A DNA stretch of 64,000 bases from Alphaproteobacteria bacterium (GTDB taxonomy: Bacteria; Pseudomonadota; Alphaproteobacteria; SP197). The notes beneath the pieces were generated by a model. It did not search any database, was not told the origin of the DNA, and worked only from the letters and a program-made list of their open reading frames with translations. The stretch covers positions 1,558 to 65,557 of the forward strand of contig VGDP01000013.1 of assembly GCA_016869675.1 (NCBI GenBank), read 5' to 3'. Both the position numbers and the translations under genes were made by a program. The first letter of the stretch is position 1; each line of letters opens with the position of its first letter. Below are positions 10,147 through 20,032 of the stretch, piece by piece.

Positions 10147-11400
10147 ATGACGGCGACGACGATCCTTGGCCTGACGCCCGGCGCACTGGAGCCGTGGCCC
10201 GAACAGGATCGCGACATCGCGTTCTCGGCCGCCGAGTACCACGAGCGCATCCGGCGCGTGCGCAAGCGCATGGCGAAGGACGGCATCGACCTGCTCTACG
10301 TCACCGTGCCGGATCACGTGGCCTATCTGCACGGCTACATGATCAGCTGGTACAAGGCCAACAGCCCCATGCGGTATCCGCAGCTCTACGGCACCGCGAT
10401 CCACGTCGACCACGACGCGTTCATCCACTTCGACAACCCGACCGAGCTGCCGGTGCTGCAGAAGACCTCGGTCTCGACCGACAACCGCTTCTTCCCCAGC
10501 CGCGACGGCGCGCCGAACATCGCCTTCGTCATGAACGAGCTGCGCGCCAAGGGCTGGCTCAAGGGCACGGTGGGTCTGGAATACTGGGGTTACGTGCCCA
10601 ACCGGGCGATCAGCACCATGCTGGAGGGTGCCTTCCTGGCCGAGGGCTGCCGGGTGGTCGACGCCAGCGCGATCGTGCGGCGCGTGCGCCGTGTCAAGTC
10701 GCCGGCCGAGATTGCCTACATCCGCAAGGCCGTCGAGATCGCCGACATCGGCCACGCCACGGTGGTGGCGACCGCTCGGCCGGGCATGACGGAGCTGGAG
10801 GTCTACGGCGAGACGCTGCGTGCCATGATGAAGGCGGGAGGCGAATCGCCCGCACTGGTGCACAGTTTCACCTCGGGCCCGATCCGGGGCGGACGCCCCG
10901 TGGCCCACGGCCACGCGATGATGGGCCGCAAGGTGATCCGCGCCGGCGAGTTCCTCAAGATCGACATCGCGGGCGCCTACCATCGCTACCACGGCAACGT
11001 GCAGCGCGGTTACGTGATGGGCGACCCGCTCAAGGCGATGGTCGAGCGCACGCGTCTGGCCGCCGGCGCGTTCGACGTGTTCGCGGCCGAGGTGAAGGCG
11101 GGCATGACCGTGCGCGAGGTCAACGGCATTATGCGCCGCTACTACGAGAGCGTCGGCCTGTGGAACGAGCCGGGCTGGGGCGTCGGCTACGAGCTCGGGC
11201 TCAGCCTGCCGCCCGACTGGGTCGGCGAGTTCTACTTCAACGTGCGCGACGAACGCTGGCTCGACCGGGTTATCAAGCCGAACATGGTCACCAACTACGA
11301 GAGCATGTTCAACACGTGGCTGGTCGACACCTGCGTCTACACGCCGACCGGATCGCCCTTCATGTCGAAGACGCCGCTGGCGCTCCAGGGCATCGGCTGA
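10147..11400 (+). CDS. M24 family hydrolase, creatinase/ectoine hydrolase-like
   Basis: FSAAEYHERIRRVRKRM, VKSPAEIAYIRKA, GVGYELGL. Canonical metal ligands are largely replaced. Confidence 0.85.
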   Translation: MTATTILGLTPGALEPWPEQDRDIAFSAAEYHERIRRVRKRMAKDGIDLLYVTVPDHVAYLHGYMISWYKANSPMRYPQLYGTAIHVDHDAFIHFDNPTELPVLQKTSVSTDNRFFPSRDGAPNIAFVMNELRAKGWLKGTVGLEYWGYVPNRAISTMLEGAFLAEGCRVVDASAIVRRVRRVKSPAEIAYIRKAVEIADIGHATVVATARPGMTELEVYGETLRAMMKAGGESPALVHSFTSGPIRGGRPVAHGHAMMGRKVIRAGEFLKIDIAGAYHRYHGNVQRGYVMGDPLKAMVERTRLAAGAFDVFAAEVKAGMTVREVNGIMRRYYESVGLWNEPGWGVGYELGLSLPPDWVGEFYFNVRDERWLDRVIKPNMVTNYESMFNTWLVDTCVYTPTGSPFMSKTPLALQGIG

Positions 11401-11425
11401 GCCCGCACCGCGCTGGGGCCACGTC

Positions 11426-12298
11426 ATGCTGAAGGGCGCGAACGCGCCCGCGATCGCGTTCCTGATGGCGTCGAACCTGGCGTTCGTCGTGCTCGAGTTG
11501 TTCGCCAAGCAGCTCGTCGCCGTCCAGGACATGAACCCGATGCAGATCCTGTGGATTCGCGCGGCGGCCGCCATGGTGATCCTGCCCATGGTCCTGCGCG
11601 TCTCGCCGCTGCGCCTTGTGCGCACGCGGCACCCGGCCAAGCAGACGATCCGTTCGCTCTTGATGCTGGCGGCGGGGCTCGGGTTCTTCTTCTCGCTCCA
11701 GGCGGTGCCGCTGGCCGACGCGGTCGCGATCGTCTTCGTCTCGCCCCTGCTGCTGACCGCGATCGCCGCGGTCGTGCTGGGCGAGATGGTGGGCTGGAGG
11801 CGCTGGTCGGCGTGCTGCGTCGGCTTCGCCGGCGCGCTCCTGATCATCCAGCCGGGCATGGAAGGTCGCCACTGGATGTACGCCTTGCCGCTGATCGATG
11901 CCGCGTGCTCGGCGGTCTATTCGGTGCTGACCCGGCTGATCGGCCGCGACGACCCGGCCTGGACCAGCCTCTACTACACGATCCTGGGGACCGGCGTGAT
12001 CCTGACTGCCGTGATGCCGTTCATCTGGATCGCGCCGAGCCCATTCGAGTGGCTGCTGCTGATCGGGATCAGCGTCACCGGGCTGGTCGGCCACTTCTTC
12101 CACATCCGCGCGTTCGTCGAGGGCGAGGCGTCTCTGATGGCGCCGCTCACCTACATCCACGTGGTGCTGACCACCGTCGCCGCCTTCGCGATCTTCGGCA
12201 CGCTGCCGGATTCGCTCGCCCTGGTCGGCATCGCGCTGATCGTGGGTTCAGGGCTCTACGTCCTGCACCGCGAGACGCTGCGCGCCCGCGCTACGTAG
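11426..12298 (+). CDS. DMT/EamA family transporter
   Basis: About 10 hydrophobic helices, LGEMVGWRRW, ASLMAPLTY. Confidence 0.88.
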   Translation: MLKGANAPAIAFLMASNLAFVVLELFAKQLVAVQDMNPMQILWIRAAAAMVILPMVLRVSPLRLVRTRHPAKQTIRSLLMLAAGLGFFFSLQAVPLADAVAIVFVSPLLLTAIAAVVLGEMVGWRRWSACCVGFAGALLIIQPGMEGRHWMYALPLIDAACSAVYSVLTRLIGRDDPAWTSLYYTILGTGVILTAVMPFIWIAPSPFEWLLLIGISVTGLVGHFFHIRAFVEGEASLMAPLTYIHVVLTTVAAFAIFGTLPDSLALVGIALIVGSGLYVLHRETLRARAT

Positions 12299-12308
12299 GG
12301 CGTCGCGA

Positions 12309-13352
12309 TCAGGCGCCGCGTTCGCGCCGGCCGACGACGATGGTGCGCACCACCACGCCCGCGACCGTCAGCAGGATCAGCACGGTGGCGCACGCGGCGA
12401 TCGTCGGGTCAGCCTGGTCGCGGATGCCGTCCCACATGCGCCGTGGCAGCGTGAAGACGTTGAGTTTGGAGACGAACAGAGTCACCACGATCTCGTCCCA
12501 CGACAGGATGAAGGCGAACACGGCGCCCGACACTACCCCTGGCAGGATGTTGGGCAGGATGACCAGTCGCAGCGACTCGCCGACCGTGGCGCCTAGGTTG
12601 CGCACCGCATGCTCGAGCCGGAGATCGAAGCTCGCCAGCGACGTCGAGACCGTAATCACCACGAAGGGCGCGGCCCGCACCGAATGGGTCAGGATCACGC
12701 CGAACATGGTGTCGAGGATGCCGAGCTCGACGAACACGCGGAAGAACGCCAGCGCCGAGACGATGGGCGGCACGATGATAGGCAGCAGGACGAAGGCACG
12801 CAGCGCCTCGCCGAAGCGCGAGGCGAGCCGCCACAGCCCGATCGCGGCGAGCGTGCCGGTCAGCACCGCGATGGTCGTCAAGGCGACGGCGATGATCAGG
12901 CTCTGCCAGATCGCGTCGGTCCACTTCTCGTTGGTGAAGAAGTTGACGTAGTGGCGCAGCGAGAGTTCGTCCTCGGGCAGGAACAGAAAGCGCTCGGGCG
13001 TCAGCGAGACGGGTGCGACCACCAGGAGCGGCAGCAGGAAGACCCAGGCCACCAGCACCACCGCCAGCATCGAGCCGATGCCCCGGCGCACCACCTGCAG
13101 GATCTGCACGCTGACGCACTCGGCGATCATGATGGTCTTGCCGCCGCCCAGGATCGCGGGCGTGACGAAGAAGCCGAGCGTCAGGATGAACACCAGCACG
13201 CCCGCCGCCACGATGCCCGGCAGACTGAGCAGCAGAAAGATGCGCGCGAATGCGCCGAACGGCCCGGTGCCCAAACCGCGCGCGGCGGCGACCGTGCGCT
13301 GGTCGATCGCGGCCATCGCCGCGAACAGCGGCAGACCCGCGTAGGGCACCAC
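12309..13352 (-). pseudogene. Polyamine-type ABC permeases: PotB-like C-terminal remnant fused in frame to a PotC-like gene
   Basis: AAARGLG..LSLPG..GFFVTPAILGG (PotB-like) runs directly into FLLPLLVV.PVSL..LEHAVRNLGA..SWDEIVV..TLP (PotC-like). There is no native N-terminus. Confidence 0.75.
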
Positions 13353-14361
13353 GGGCCACCCGAAGGGCGCCATGCTGACGCACCAGGGCGTGGTGCTGAA
13401 CGCCGCCATGACCGCCAACATGCACGTGCGCACGGCGGTCGATACGGTGGTCACGGCGCTGCCGTGCGCCCACGTCTAGGGCAACGTGGTCATGAACGGT
13501 GCCTTCATGACCGGCATGACGCTGGTGCTGATGCCACGTTTCGACCCGGATCAAGCGATCGGTCTGATCCAGAGCCACCACGCGACCATGTTCGAGGGCG
13601 TTCCGACCATGTTCATGTACATGCTCAACGCCGCCAGCCTGGCCTGCGCGGACCTCGGTTCGCTGACCCGCTGCACGGTCGGCGGCCAGACCATGCCGGT
13701 CGCCAAGATAGAAGAGGTCGAGCAACGCTTCGGCTCTCCGCTGTTGGAGCTGTGGGGCATGACCGAGATCGCCGGCTTGGGTACGACCCATCCGGCCTAC
13801 GGCCCCAGCAAGCTCGGCTCGATCGGCATCGCCCTGCCTTATGTCGAGTGCCGCATCGCCAACGTGGCCGACGCCGGGCGCACGATTCCCGCCGGCGAGG
13901 TCGGCGAGCTGATGGTGCGCGGGCCCATCGTCATGCAGGGCTACTTCGGCAATGAGAAGGCGACACGCGAAACCATCGAGCCGGACGGTTGGCTCCATTC
14001 CGGCGATCTGGCGCGCATGGACGACCAGGGCCACATCTTCGTGGTCGACCGCAAGAAGGACATGATCATCACCGCCGGCTTCAACGTCTATCCGGCCGAG
14101 ATCGAACGGGTCGTCGCGGCGCACCCGTCCGTCGCCCTGGTCGCGGTCGGCAGCCAGCCGGACGAGCTCAAGGGCGAGATCGCCAAGGCCTACGTGGTGC
14201 TCAAGTCGGGTGCCACGGCGGATGCGGACTCGATCCTCGCCCACTGCCGCCAGCACCTGGCCGCCTACAAGGTGCAGCGCGCGGTCCAGTTCGTGGCCGA
14301 CGTGCCGAAGACCTCGACCGACAAGATCCTGCGCCGCGCGCTGCGCACGCTCGACGCCTGA
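13345..14361 (+). pseudogene. Long-chain acyl-CoA ligase, 5'-deleted with internal stop
   Basis: Begins abruptly at the P-loop GTTGHPKG. In-frame TAG at 13477-13479 (HV*G). WGMTE, GWLHSGD, DRKKDMII. Confidence 0.85.
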
Positions 14362-14364
14362 TCG

Positions 14365-14838
14365 TCAGTCGATCAGCATCAGAAGACCGGCGTTCAGGTA
14401 GGTCGCGAAACCAACCCACGCCAAGTAGGGCAGGAACAGATACCCGGCCCAGCGGTCGACACGCCGGAAGGCCAACCACGTCATGGCGATCGCCGCAAGC
14501 AGGACCAGCACCTCGGCCATGGCCAGGTCGATCCGGCGCATGCCGAAGAACAGCCAGGACCAGCCGAGGTTCAAGGCGAGTTGGAGAACGAACCAGGCAA
14601 AAGCCCGACCGGCGCCCGCCTTTCGCCAGACACGCCACGCCGCAACGGCCATGGCGACGTAGAGCGCCGTCCAAACCACCGGGAACACGGCGTCGGGTGG
14701 GTTCAGCGCCGGCTTGTCGAGCGTCTGGTACCAGGTATCGACCGACGCGGCGCTGAAGGTGCCGCCTACGTAGCCGACCCCGAGGCACAGCCCCAGAGCG
14801 CCCACGAGGGCCGCGCCGTCACGTCGGGCCAAAGCCAT
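14365..14838 (-). CDS. tspO: TspO/MBR tryptophan-rich sensory protein
   Basis: WYQTLDKPALNPP, VWTALY, LNLGWSWLFF, PYLAWV. Confidence 0.93.
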   Translation of the reverse strand: MALARRDGAALVGALGLCLGVGYVGGTFSAASVDTWYQTLDKPALNPPDAVFPVVWTALYVAMAVAAWRVWRKAGAGRAFAWFVLQLALNLGWSWLFFGMRRIDLAMAEVLVLLAAIAMTWLAFRRVDRWAGYLFLPYLAWVGFATYLNAGLLMLID

Positions 14839-14850
14839 CTTGCTTGCCTC

Positions 14851-16023
14851 CTAAGCTTCCTGTCCGGCCGTCCAGCCGCTCGACCAGGCCCACTGGAAAT
14901 TGTAGCCGCCGAGCCAGCCCGTGACGTCCACCGCTTCGCCGACGATGAACAACCCCGGCACACCACGCGCCGCCATGGTGCGCGACGACAGGTCCGCGGT
15001 GCTGACGCCGCCCAGCGTCACCTCGGCCTTGGCGTAGCCTTCGGTGCCGCTGGGGACCAGACGCCAGGCCTTGAGTGCCTCCATGCACCGGATCAGATCC
15101 CGATCAGGCAGATCAGCCAGGGGCCGCACCGGCAGGTGCCGCTCCGCCATGATCTGGGCGAGCCGCTCGGGCATTGCCTCGGCCAGCGCCGTCGCGGGCA
15201 ACACCCTGGGCCGCGCCTTCTTGCGTTCGACCAGGAAGCGGGTGTCGTGATCCGGCAGCAGATCGATCGTCACCGGCTCGCCCTCGCGCCAGGTCGACGA
15301 GACTTGCAGGATCGCCGGACCCGACAGGCCGCGATGGGTGAACAGCATCGCCTCGCGGAACCGCGCACGTTCGCTGCACGCGACGACATCGAGCGACACG
15401 CCGCTGAGCGACCGCATCAGGTTCAAGTCCTCGCCCACGAAGGTGAGCGGCACCAGGGCGGGGCGCGTCGCGGTGACGGCAAGCCCGAACCGGCGCGCCA
15501 CATGGTGGGTGAAGTCGGTGGCCCCCATGCGCGGGATCGACAGGCCGCCCGTCGCCAGGACCAGGGACGGAGCCATGAACGAGCCACCGCTGGTCTCGAT
15601 CCGGAAGTGGTCCGAGCGCGTGACGTCGGTGACGTCAAGGCCAGCGCGCAGGCTGACCCCAACCGCCGCGCCCTCCTCCAACAGCATGGCGACGATGGCG
15701 CGCGCCGAACCGTCGCAGAAAAGCTGCCCCAGGGTCTTCTCGTGGTAGGCGATGCCGTGGCGCTCGACCAAGGCTACGACATCGCGCTGGGTGAAGCGTG
15801 CGAGCGCGGACTTGCAGAAGTGCGGGTTGTTGGAAAGGAACCGGTCGGGTGCGGTGTGCAGGTTCGTGAAGTTGCAGCGGCCGCCACCCGAAATCAGGAT
15901 CTTCTTCCCGGGCTTCTCGGCCCGTTCGAGCGCCAGGACGCGCCGCCCGCGACGTCCGGCGGCGATGGCGCCCATCAGCCCGGCCGCGCCGGCGCCGATC
16001 ACGATGACATCGAAGGATTCCAT
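14851..16023 (-). CDS. HI0933/YhiN (BaiN) family flavoprotein oxidoreductase
   Basis: GAGAAG, GKKILISGGGRCNFTN, LFTHRGLSGP, GWLGGYNFQWAWSSG. Confidence 0.92.
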   Translation of the reverse strand: MESFDVIVIGAGAAGLMGAIAAGRRGRRVLALERAEKPGKKILISGGGRCNFTNLHTAPDRFLSNNPHFCKSALARFTQRDVVALVERHGIAYHEKTLGQLFCDGSARAIVAMLLEEGAAVGVSLRAGLDVTDVTRSDHFRIETSGGSFMAPSLVLATGGLSIPRMGATDFTHHVARRFGLAVTATRPALVPLTFVGEDLNLMRSLSGVSLDVVACSERARFREAMLFTHRGLSGPAILQVSSTWREGEPVTIDLLPDHDTRFLVERKKARPRVLPATALAEAMPERLAQIMAERHLPVRPLADLPDRDLIRCMEALKAWRLVPSGTEGYAKAEVTLGGVSTADLSSRTMAARGVPGLFIVGEAVDVTGWLGGYNFQWAWSSGWTAGQEA

Positions 16024-16088
16024 GGCTTCCCTATAGCCCACGGCGGCCGTTGGCGCCGCCCGCCGTGTTCACCTATCCTCCGCGCCCC

Positions 16089-17879
16089 ATGACCGCCGCC
16101 CTGCTCGCGCTGCGCGACATCCGCCTGACCTTCGGCGGCCATCCCTTGTTCGAGGGCGCCGACCTGGCCGTGCGCGAGGGCGAGCGGCTGGCCCTGGTCG
16201 GGCGTAACGGCTCGGGCAAGTCGACCCTGCTGAAGGTCGCGGCCGGTATCATCGAGCCCGATGGCGGTGAGCGCTTCGCCCAGCCGGGTTTGACCGTGCG
16301 CTATCTGGCCCAGGAGCCGGACTTCACGGGCCTCGCGACGACGCTCGACCACGCCACCGCCGACCTCGACGACCCGGACCAGCGCCACCACGCACGCGCC
16401 CTCCTCCATGCGCTCGGCCTCGACGGCACCGAGGCCGCGGACCGGCTGTCGGGCGGCGAGGCGCGGCGTTGCGCGCTGGCGCGCGCGCTGGCCGGCGACC
16501 CGGACATCCTCTTGCTGGACGAGCCGACCAATCATCTCGACCTGCCGGCCATCGAATGGCTGGAGCGCGAGCTGGCCGCCTCGCGCGCGGCCATCGTGCT
16601 GATCAGCCACGACCGTCGGTTCCTGGAGACCCTGTCGCGGCGCACGACGTGGCTCGCCCTGGGCCGCACCCGCACGCTCGACCAGGGCTTCGCCGCGTTC
16701 GAGCCATGGCGCGACGCGCAGATCGAGCAGGAGGCGGACGCCAAGCACAAGCTCGATCGTCGTATCACCGCCGAGACCGAGTGGCTGCGGCGCGGCGTCA
16801 CCGCCCGGCGCAAGCGCAACGAAGGGCGTCTCAGGCGCCTGATCGCGCTGCGCGCCGAACGCCGCGACCGGCGCGAAGGCCCCGGTACGGTCGCGTTCGC
16901 GCGTGCCGAGGGCGATACGTCCGGGCGCCTGGTCATCGAGGCGAAGGGATTGGCCAAGTCCTTCGACCGGCCCGTGGTGCGCGACCTGATGTTGCGCGTG
17001 GCGCGCGGCGACCGGCTCGGCATCGTCGGTCCCAATGGCTCTGGCAAGACGACGCTGGTCAACCTGCTGACCGGCGGCATGGATCCGGATGCCGGCCGGG
17101 TGCGTCTCGGCGCCAACGTCCAGATGGTCACCCTGGACCAGCGCCGCGAGGCGCTCGAGGCCTCGGTCACCCTGGCCGAGGCCCTGACCGAGGGGCGCGA
17201 CGACACGGTGTCGGTCGGCGGCCAGGCGCGCCACGTGGTCGGCTACATGAAGGACTTCCTGTTCACGCCCGAGCAGGCATCCATGCCGTTCGGCGCCCTC
17301 TCGGGCGGCGAGCGCGGCCGGTTGATGCTCGCCCGCGCGCTCGCCCGGCCGTCAAACCTGCTGGTGCTCGACGAGCCGACCAACGACCTGGACCTGGAGA
17401 CCCTGGACCTGTTGCAGGAAATGCTCGCCGACTACGCCGGCACGGTGCTGCTGGTCAGCCACGACCGCGATTTTCTCGACCGGGTCGTGACCTCGACGCT
17501 CGCCGCCGAGGGTGACGGGCGCTGGGTCGAGTATGCCGGGGGCTACAGCGACATGCTCGCCCAACGCGGCGACCGCCCGGGCGCCGCGAAGCCGCGCGAA
17601 CGCAAGGCGACCGTGGCACCGCGCGCGTCACAGGCACGCAAGGGCCTGACCTTCAAGGACAAGCACGCGCTGGCGACCCTGCCGGCGCGGATCGAGGCGC
17701 TCCAGGCGGAGCTATCGGGCTTGCGCGAACGCCTCGCCGATCCGGGTCTCTACGCGCGCGACCCGAAGGGTTTCGATGCGGCGGCCCAGCGCCTGACCGC
17801 TGCCGAGGCTGAAATGGCGGCGGCCGAGGACGCATGGCTCGAGCTCGAGTTGCGCCGCGAGGCGGCGGAGGGTCCATGA
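16089..17879 (+). CDS. uup: ABC-F family ATPase Uup
   Basis: Two ABC cassettes (GRNGSGKST, GPNGSGKTT), WLRRGVTARRKRN linker, C-terminal coiled coil. Confidence 0.9.
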   Translation: MTAALLALRDIRLTFGGHPLFEGADLAVREGERLALVGRNGSGKSTLLKVAAGIIEPDGGERFAQPGLTVRYLAQEPDFTGLATTLDHATADLDDPDQRHHARALLHALGLDGTEAADRLSGGEARRCALARALAGDPDILLLDEPTNHLDLPAIEWLERELAASRAAIVLISHDRRFLETLSRRTTWLALGRTRTLDQGFAAFEPWRDAQIEQEADAKHKLDRRITAETEWLRRGVTARRKRNEGRLRRLIALRAERRDRREGPGTVAFARAEGDTSGRLVIEAKGLAKSFDRPVVRDLMLRVARGDRLGIVGPNGSGKTTLVNLLTGGMDPDAGRVRLGANVQMVTLDQRREALEASVTLAEALTEGRDDTVSVGGQARHVVGYMKDFLFTPEQASMPFGALSGGERGRLMLARALARPSNLLVLDEPTNDLDLETLDLLQEMLADYAGTVLLVSHDRDFLDRVVTSTLAAEGDGRWVEYAGGYSDMLAQRGDRPGAAKPRERKATVAPRASQARKGLTFKDKHALATLPARIEALQAELSGLRERLADPGLYARDPKGFDAAAQRLTAAEAEMAAAEDAWLELELRREAAEGP

Positions 17880-19510
17880 ACGGTACCGAATCCTCGGTGA
17901 TCGCCGGGCAGGGCGTCGCCGCCGCCGGCCACGCCGACGCGGCCCGGGTGGCGGTCGGGGTCTTGCGCGCGGGCGGCAATGTGGTCGACGCCATCGTCGC
18001 CGGGGCCTTCGCGGCGTTCGTGGTCGAGCCCGGCATGTGCGGCATCGGCGGTCACGGGCGGCTGTCGTTGGTCATGGCCGGAACGGCGGAGCCGCGGGGC
18101 ATCGATCACTTCCTCATCGTGCCGCGCGCGGCAACCCCCGAGGCCTATGGCGCGGCGTTGCGCGCCATGGCGCGACGTCATCCGGACCGGGACGCGCGAG
18201 CGTTGGCCGAGACCGGCCCCCTGTCGGTCGGCGTGCCGGGTGCGGTCGCCGGCCTGTGCGAGGCCGTGCGTCGGTTCGGCTCGTGGCCGCTCGTGCGCCT
18301 GCTCGGCCCCGCCATCGATCTGGCCGAGGCGGGCATCGTGCTCGACGCGCGGCACGCGGCGCTGGTCGCCCTGCACGCCGATGCGATCCGCGCCCAACCG
18401 GCCCTGGCCGATTGGTTGATGCCGGGCGGTACCCTGCCCGCGCCCGGCGCGCGGCTTGATGGACGCGATCTGGCGCGGACACTCCGGCGCATCACCATCG
18501 ACGGGGCCGCCGCCCTGCACGACGGACCGATCGCCCTCGCCATCGAGCAGGCCGTGGCGGGCGCGGGCGGCCTGCTCGACGCCGCCGACTTGGCGGCCTA
18601 TCGGCCGCGCGCCGCGCGCCAGGCTGAACAGAACTATCGCGGCCTGCGCTACGTGACGTGCGACGATCTCATCGCCATCGAAGCGCTCAACATCCTGGAG
18701 TGCTTCGACTTGGTCGGCGCCGACGAGGCGACGGCCCTGCACCTGCTGGCCGAGTCCCTGGCCCAGGCGTTCGTCGACAACTTCGCCCTTGGCGGTGACC
18801 CGGTGAACGCCGAGCTGCCCCTGGCCGGCCTGGCGAGCAAGGCCTACGCGCGCGAACGCGCCGCGACCATCACGGCCACCAGGGCCCGCGCCGCCGTGGC
18901 ACCGGGCGAGCCGTGGCGCTTCGGCGCGGTCGGCGCGGGCGCGCCGCCGTTCGCCGGCACGACCCAGATCTGCGTGCTCGACGCCGCGGGCAACGGCGCC
19001 AGCCTGATCACCAGCATCGACGGCGCGTTCGGCTCCATGATCCTGGTGCCGGAAACCGGCATCCTGCTCGGCAACGGGCTGCAGCTCTTCGATCTGTTCC
19101 GCCACGGCCGCAACCCGATGGCGCCGGGGCGGATGCCGCTCTACGGCGCGCCCGTCTTCATGGCCATGGACGAACGGGGCGCGCTGGGCGGCCTGGCCGG
19201 CGCCGGCGGCTATCGCATCGCCACCGGTATCCTGAACACTCTGGTCCAGGTCGTCGATCGCGGGCTGGGCCTGACGGCGGCCATCGAACGGCCGCGCGTG
19301 CACCACCAGGGCGACGGTTTGGACGTTGCCGACGACATGGCCATGGCAACGCGCGAGATCCTCGAAGCGCTCGGGCATCGCATCACCATCGCCCAGCGCA
19401 CCGCCACAAGCTGGCCGTTCGGCCGGACCAGTGGCGTGTGGCGCGACAAGCACGGCGACCTGCACGCGGGCAGCGGCCCGGCGTGTGGTGCCGCGCGCGG
19501 CTGGGACTGA
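17876..19510 (+). CDS. Gamma-glutamyltransferase family Ntn-hydrolase (atypical)
   Basis: GGNVVDA, GIGG, VGVPG, putative autocleavage site GTTQICVLDAAGN, RPRVHHQ. Confidence 0.85.
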   Translation: MNGTESSVIAGQGVAAAGHADAARVAVGVLRAGGNVVDAIVAGAFAAFVVEPGMCGIGGHGRLSLVMAGTAEPRGIDHFLIVPRAATPEAYGAALRAMARRHPDRDARALAETGPLSVGVPGAVAGLCEAVRRFGSWPLVRLLGPAIDLAEAGIVLDARHAALVALHADAIRAQPALADWLMPGGTLPAPGARLDGRDLARTLRRITIDGAAALHDGPIALAIEQAVAGAGGLLDAADLAAYRPRAARQAEQNYRGLRYVTCDDLIAIEALNILECFDLVGADEATALHLLAESLAQAFVDNFALGGDPVNAELPLAGLASKAYARERAATITATRARAAVAPGEPWRFGAVGAGAPPFAGTTQICVLDAAGNGASLITSIDGAFGSMILVPETGILLGNGLQLFDLFRHGRNPMAPGRMPLYGAPVFMAMDERGALGGLAGAGGYRIATGILNTLVQVVDRGLGLTAAIERPRVHHQGDGLDVADDMAMATREILEALGHRITIAQRTATSWPFGRTSGVWRDKHGDLHAGSGPACGAARGWD

Positions 19511-19573
19511 GACGCGCTGCCGCCCTAACATGGCCGTTCCACCACTCCGGTCCACACCGTACAGTCGCGCCCC

Positions 19574-20032
19574 ATGAACGAACGTGCCTACGAGGACTAC
19601 ACGGTCGGCGAACGCATCGTATCGCGCGGCCATACCCTGACCGAGGCGGCGATCATCGACTTCGCCTTCCGCTACGATCCGCAGCCCTTCCATATCGACG
19701 TCGAGGCGGCGCGCCAGGGACCCTTCGGCGGCGTGATCGCGAGCGGCTTCCAGACGCTCGCCGTGGCGTTTCGCATCCTGTGGGACACCGGCGCGATCGC
19801 CGGTGGACTCGGCTCTCCCGGCTTCGACGAACTCCGCTGGCTCAAGCCCGTGCGTCCCGGCGACACCATCCGCACGCGCATCGAAATCCTCGAGAAGCGC
19901 GTCTCGTCCTCGAAGCCCGACCGTGGCATCCTGCGCGTGCGCCACGACGTGGTGAACCAGCGCGATGAACCGGCGATGACGTTCACCTCGACGGTCTTCG
20001 TGCCGCGCCGCGATCAGGGAGCACCATCGTGA
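19574..20032 (+). CDS. MaoC family dehydratase
   Basis: DPQPFHID, ASG, PVRPGDT. Confidence 0.9.
   Translation: MNERAYEDYTVGERIVSRGHTLTEAAIIDFAFRYDPQPFHIDVEAARQGPFGGVIASGFQTLAVAFRILWDTGAIAGGLGSPGFDELRWLKPVRPGDTIRTRIEILEKRVSSSKPDRGILRVRHDVVNQRDEPAMTFTSTVFVPRRDQGAPS

Noticed and set aside
10051-11859. N-terminal 600 aa of the 1013-aa ORF 8818-11859
   Set aside because: It is the antisense of the M24 and DMT genes. The real gene starts at GTG 10050 with an RBS.
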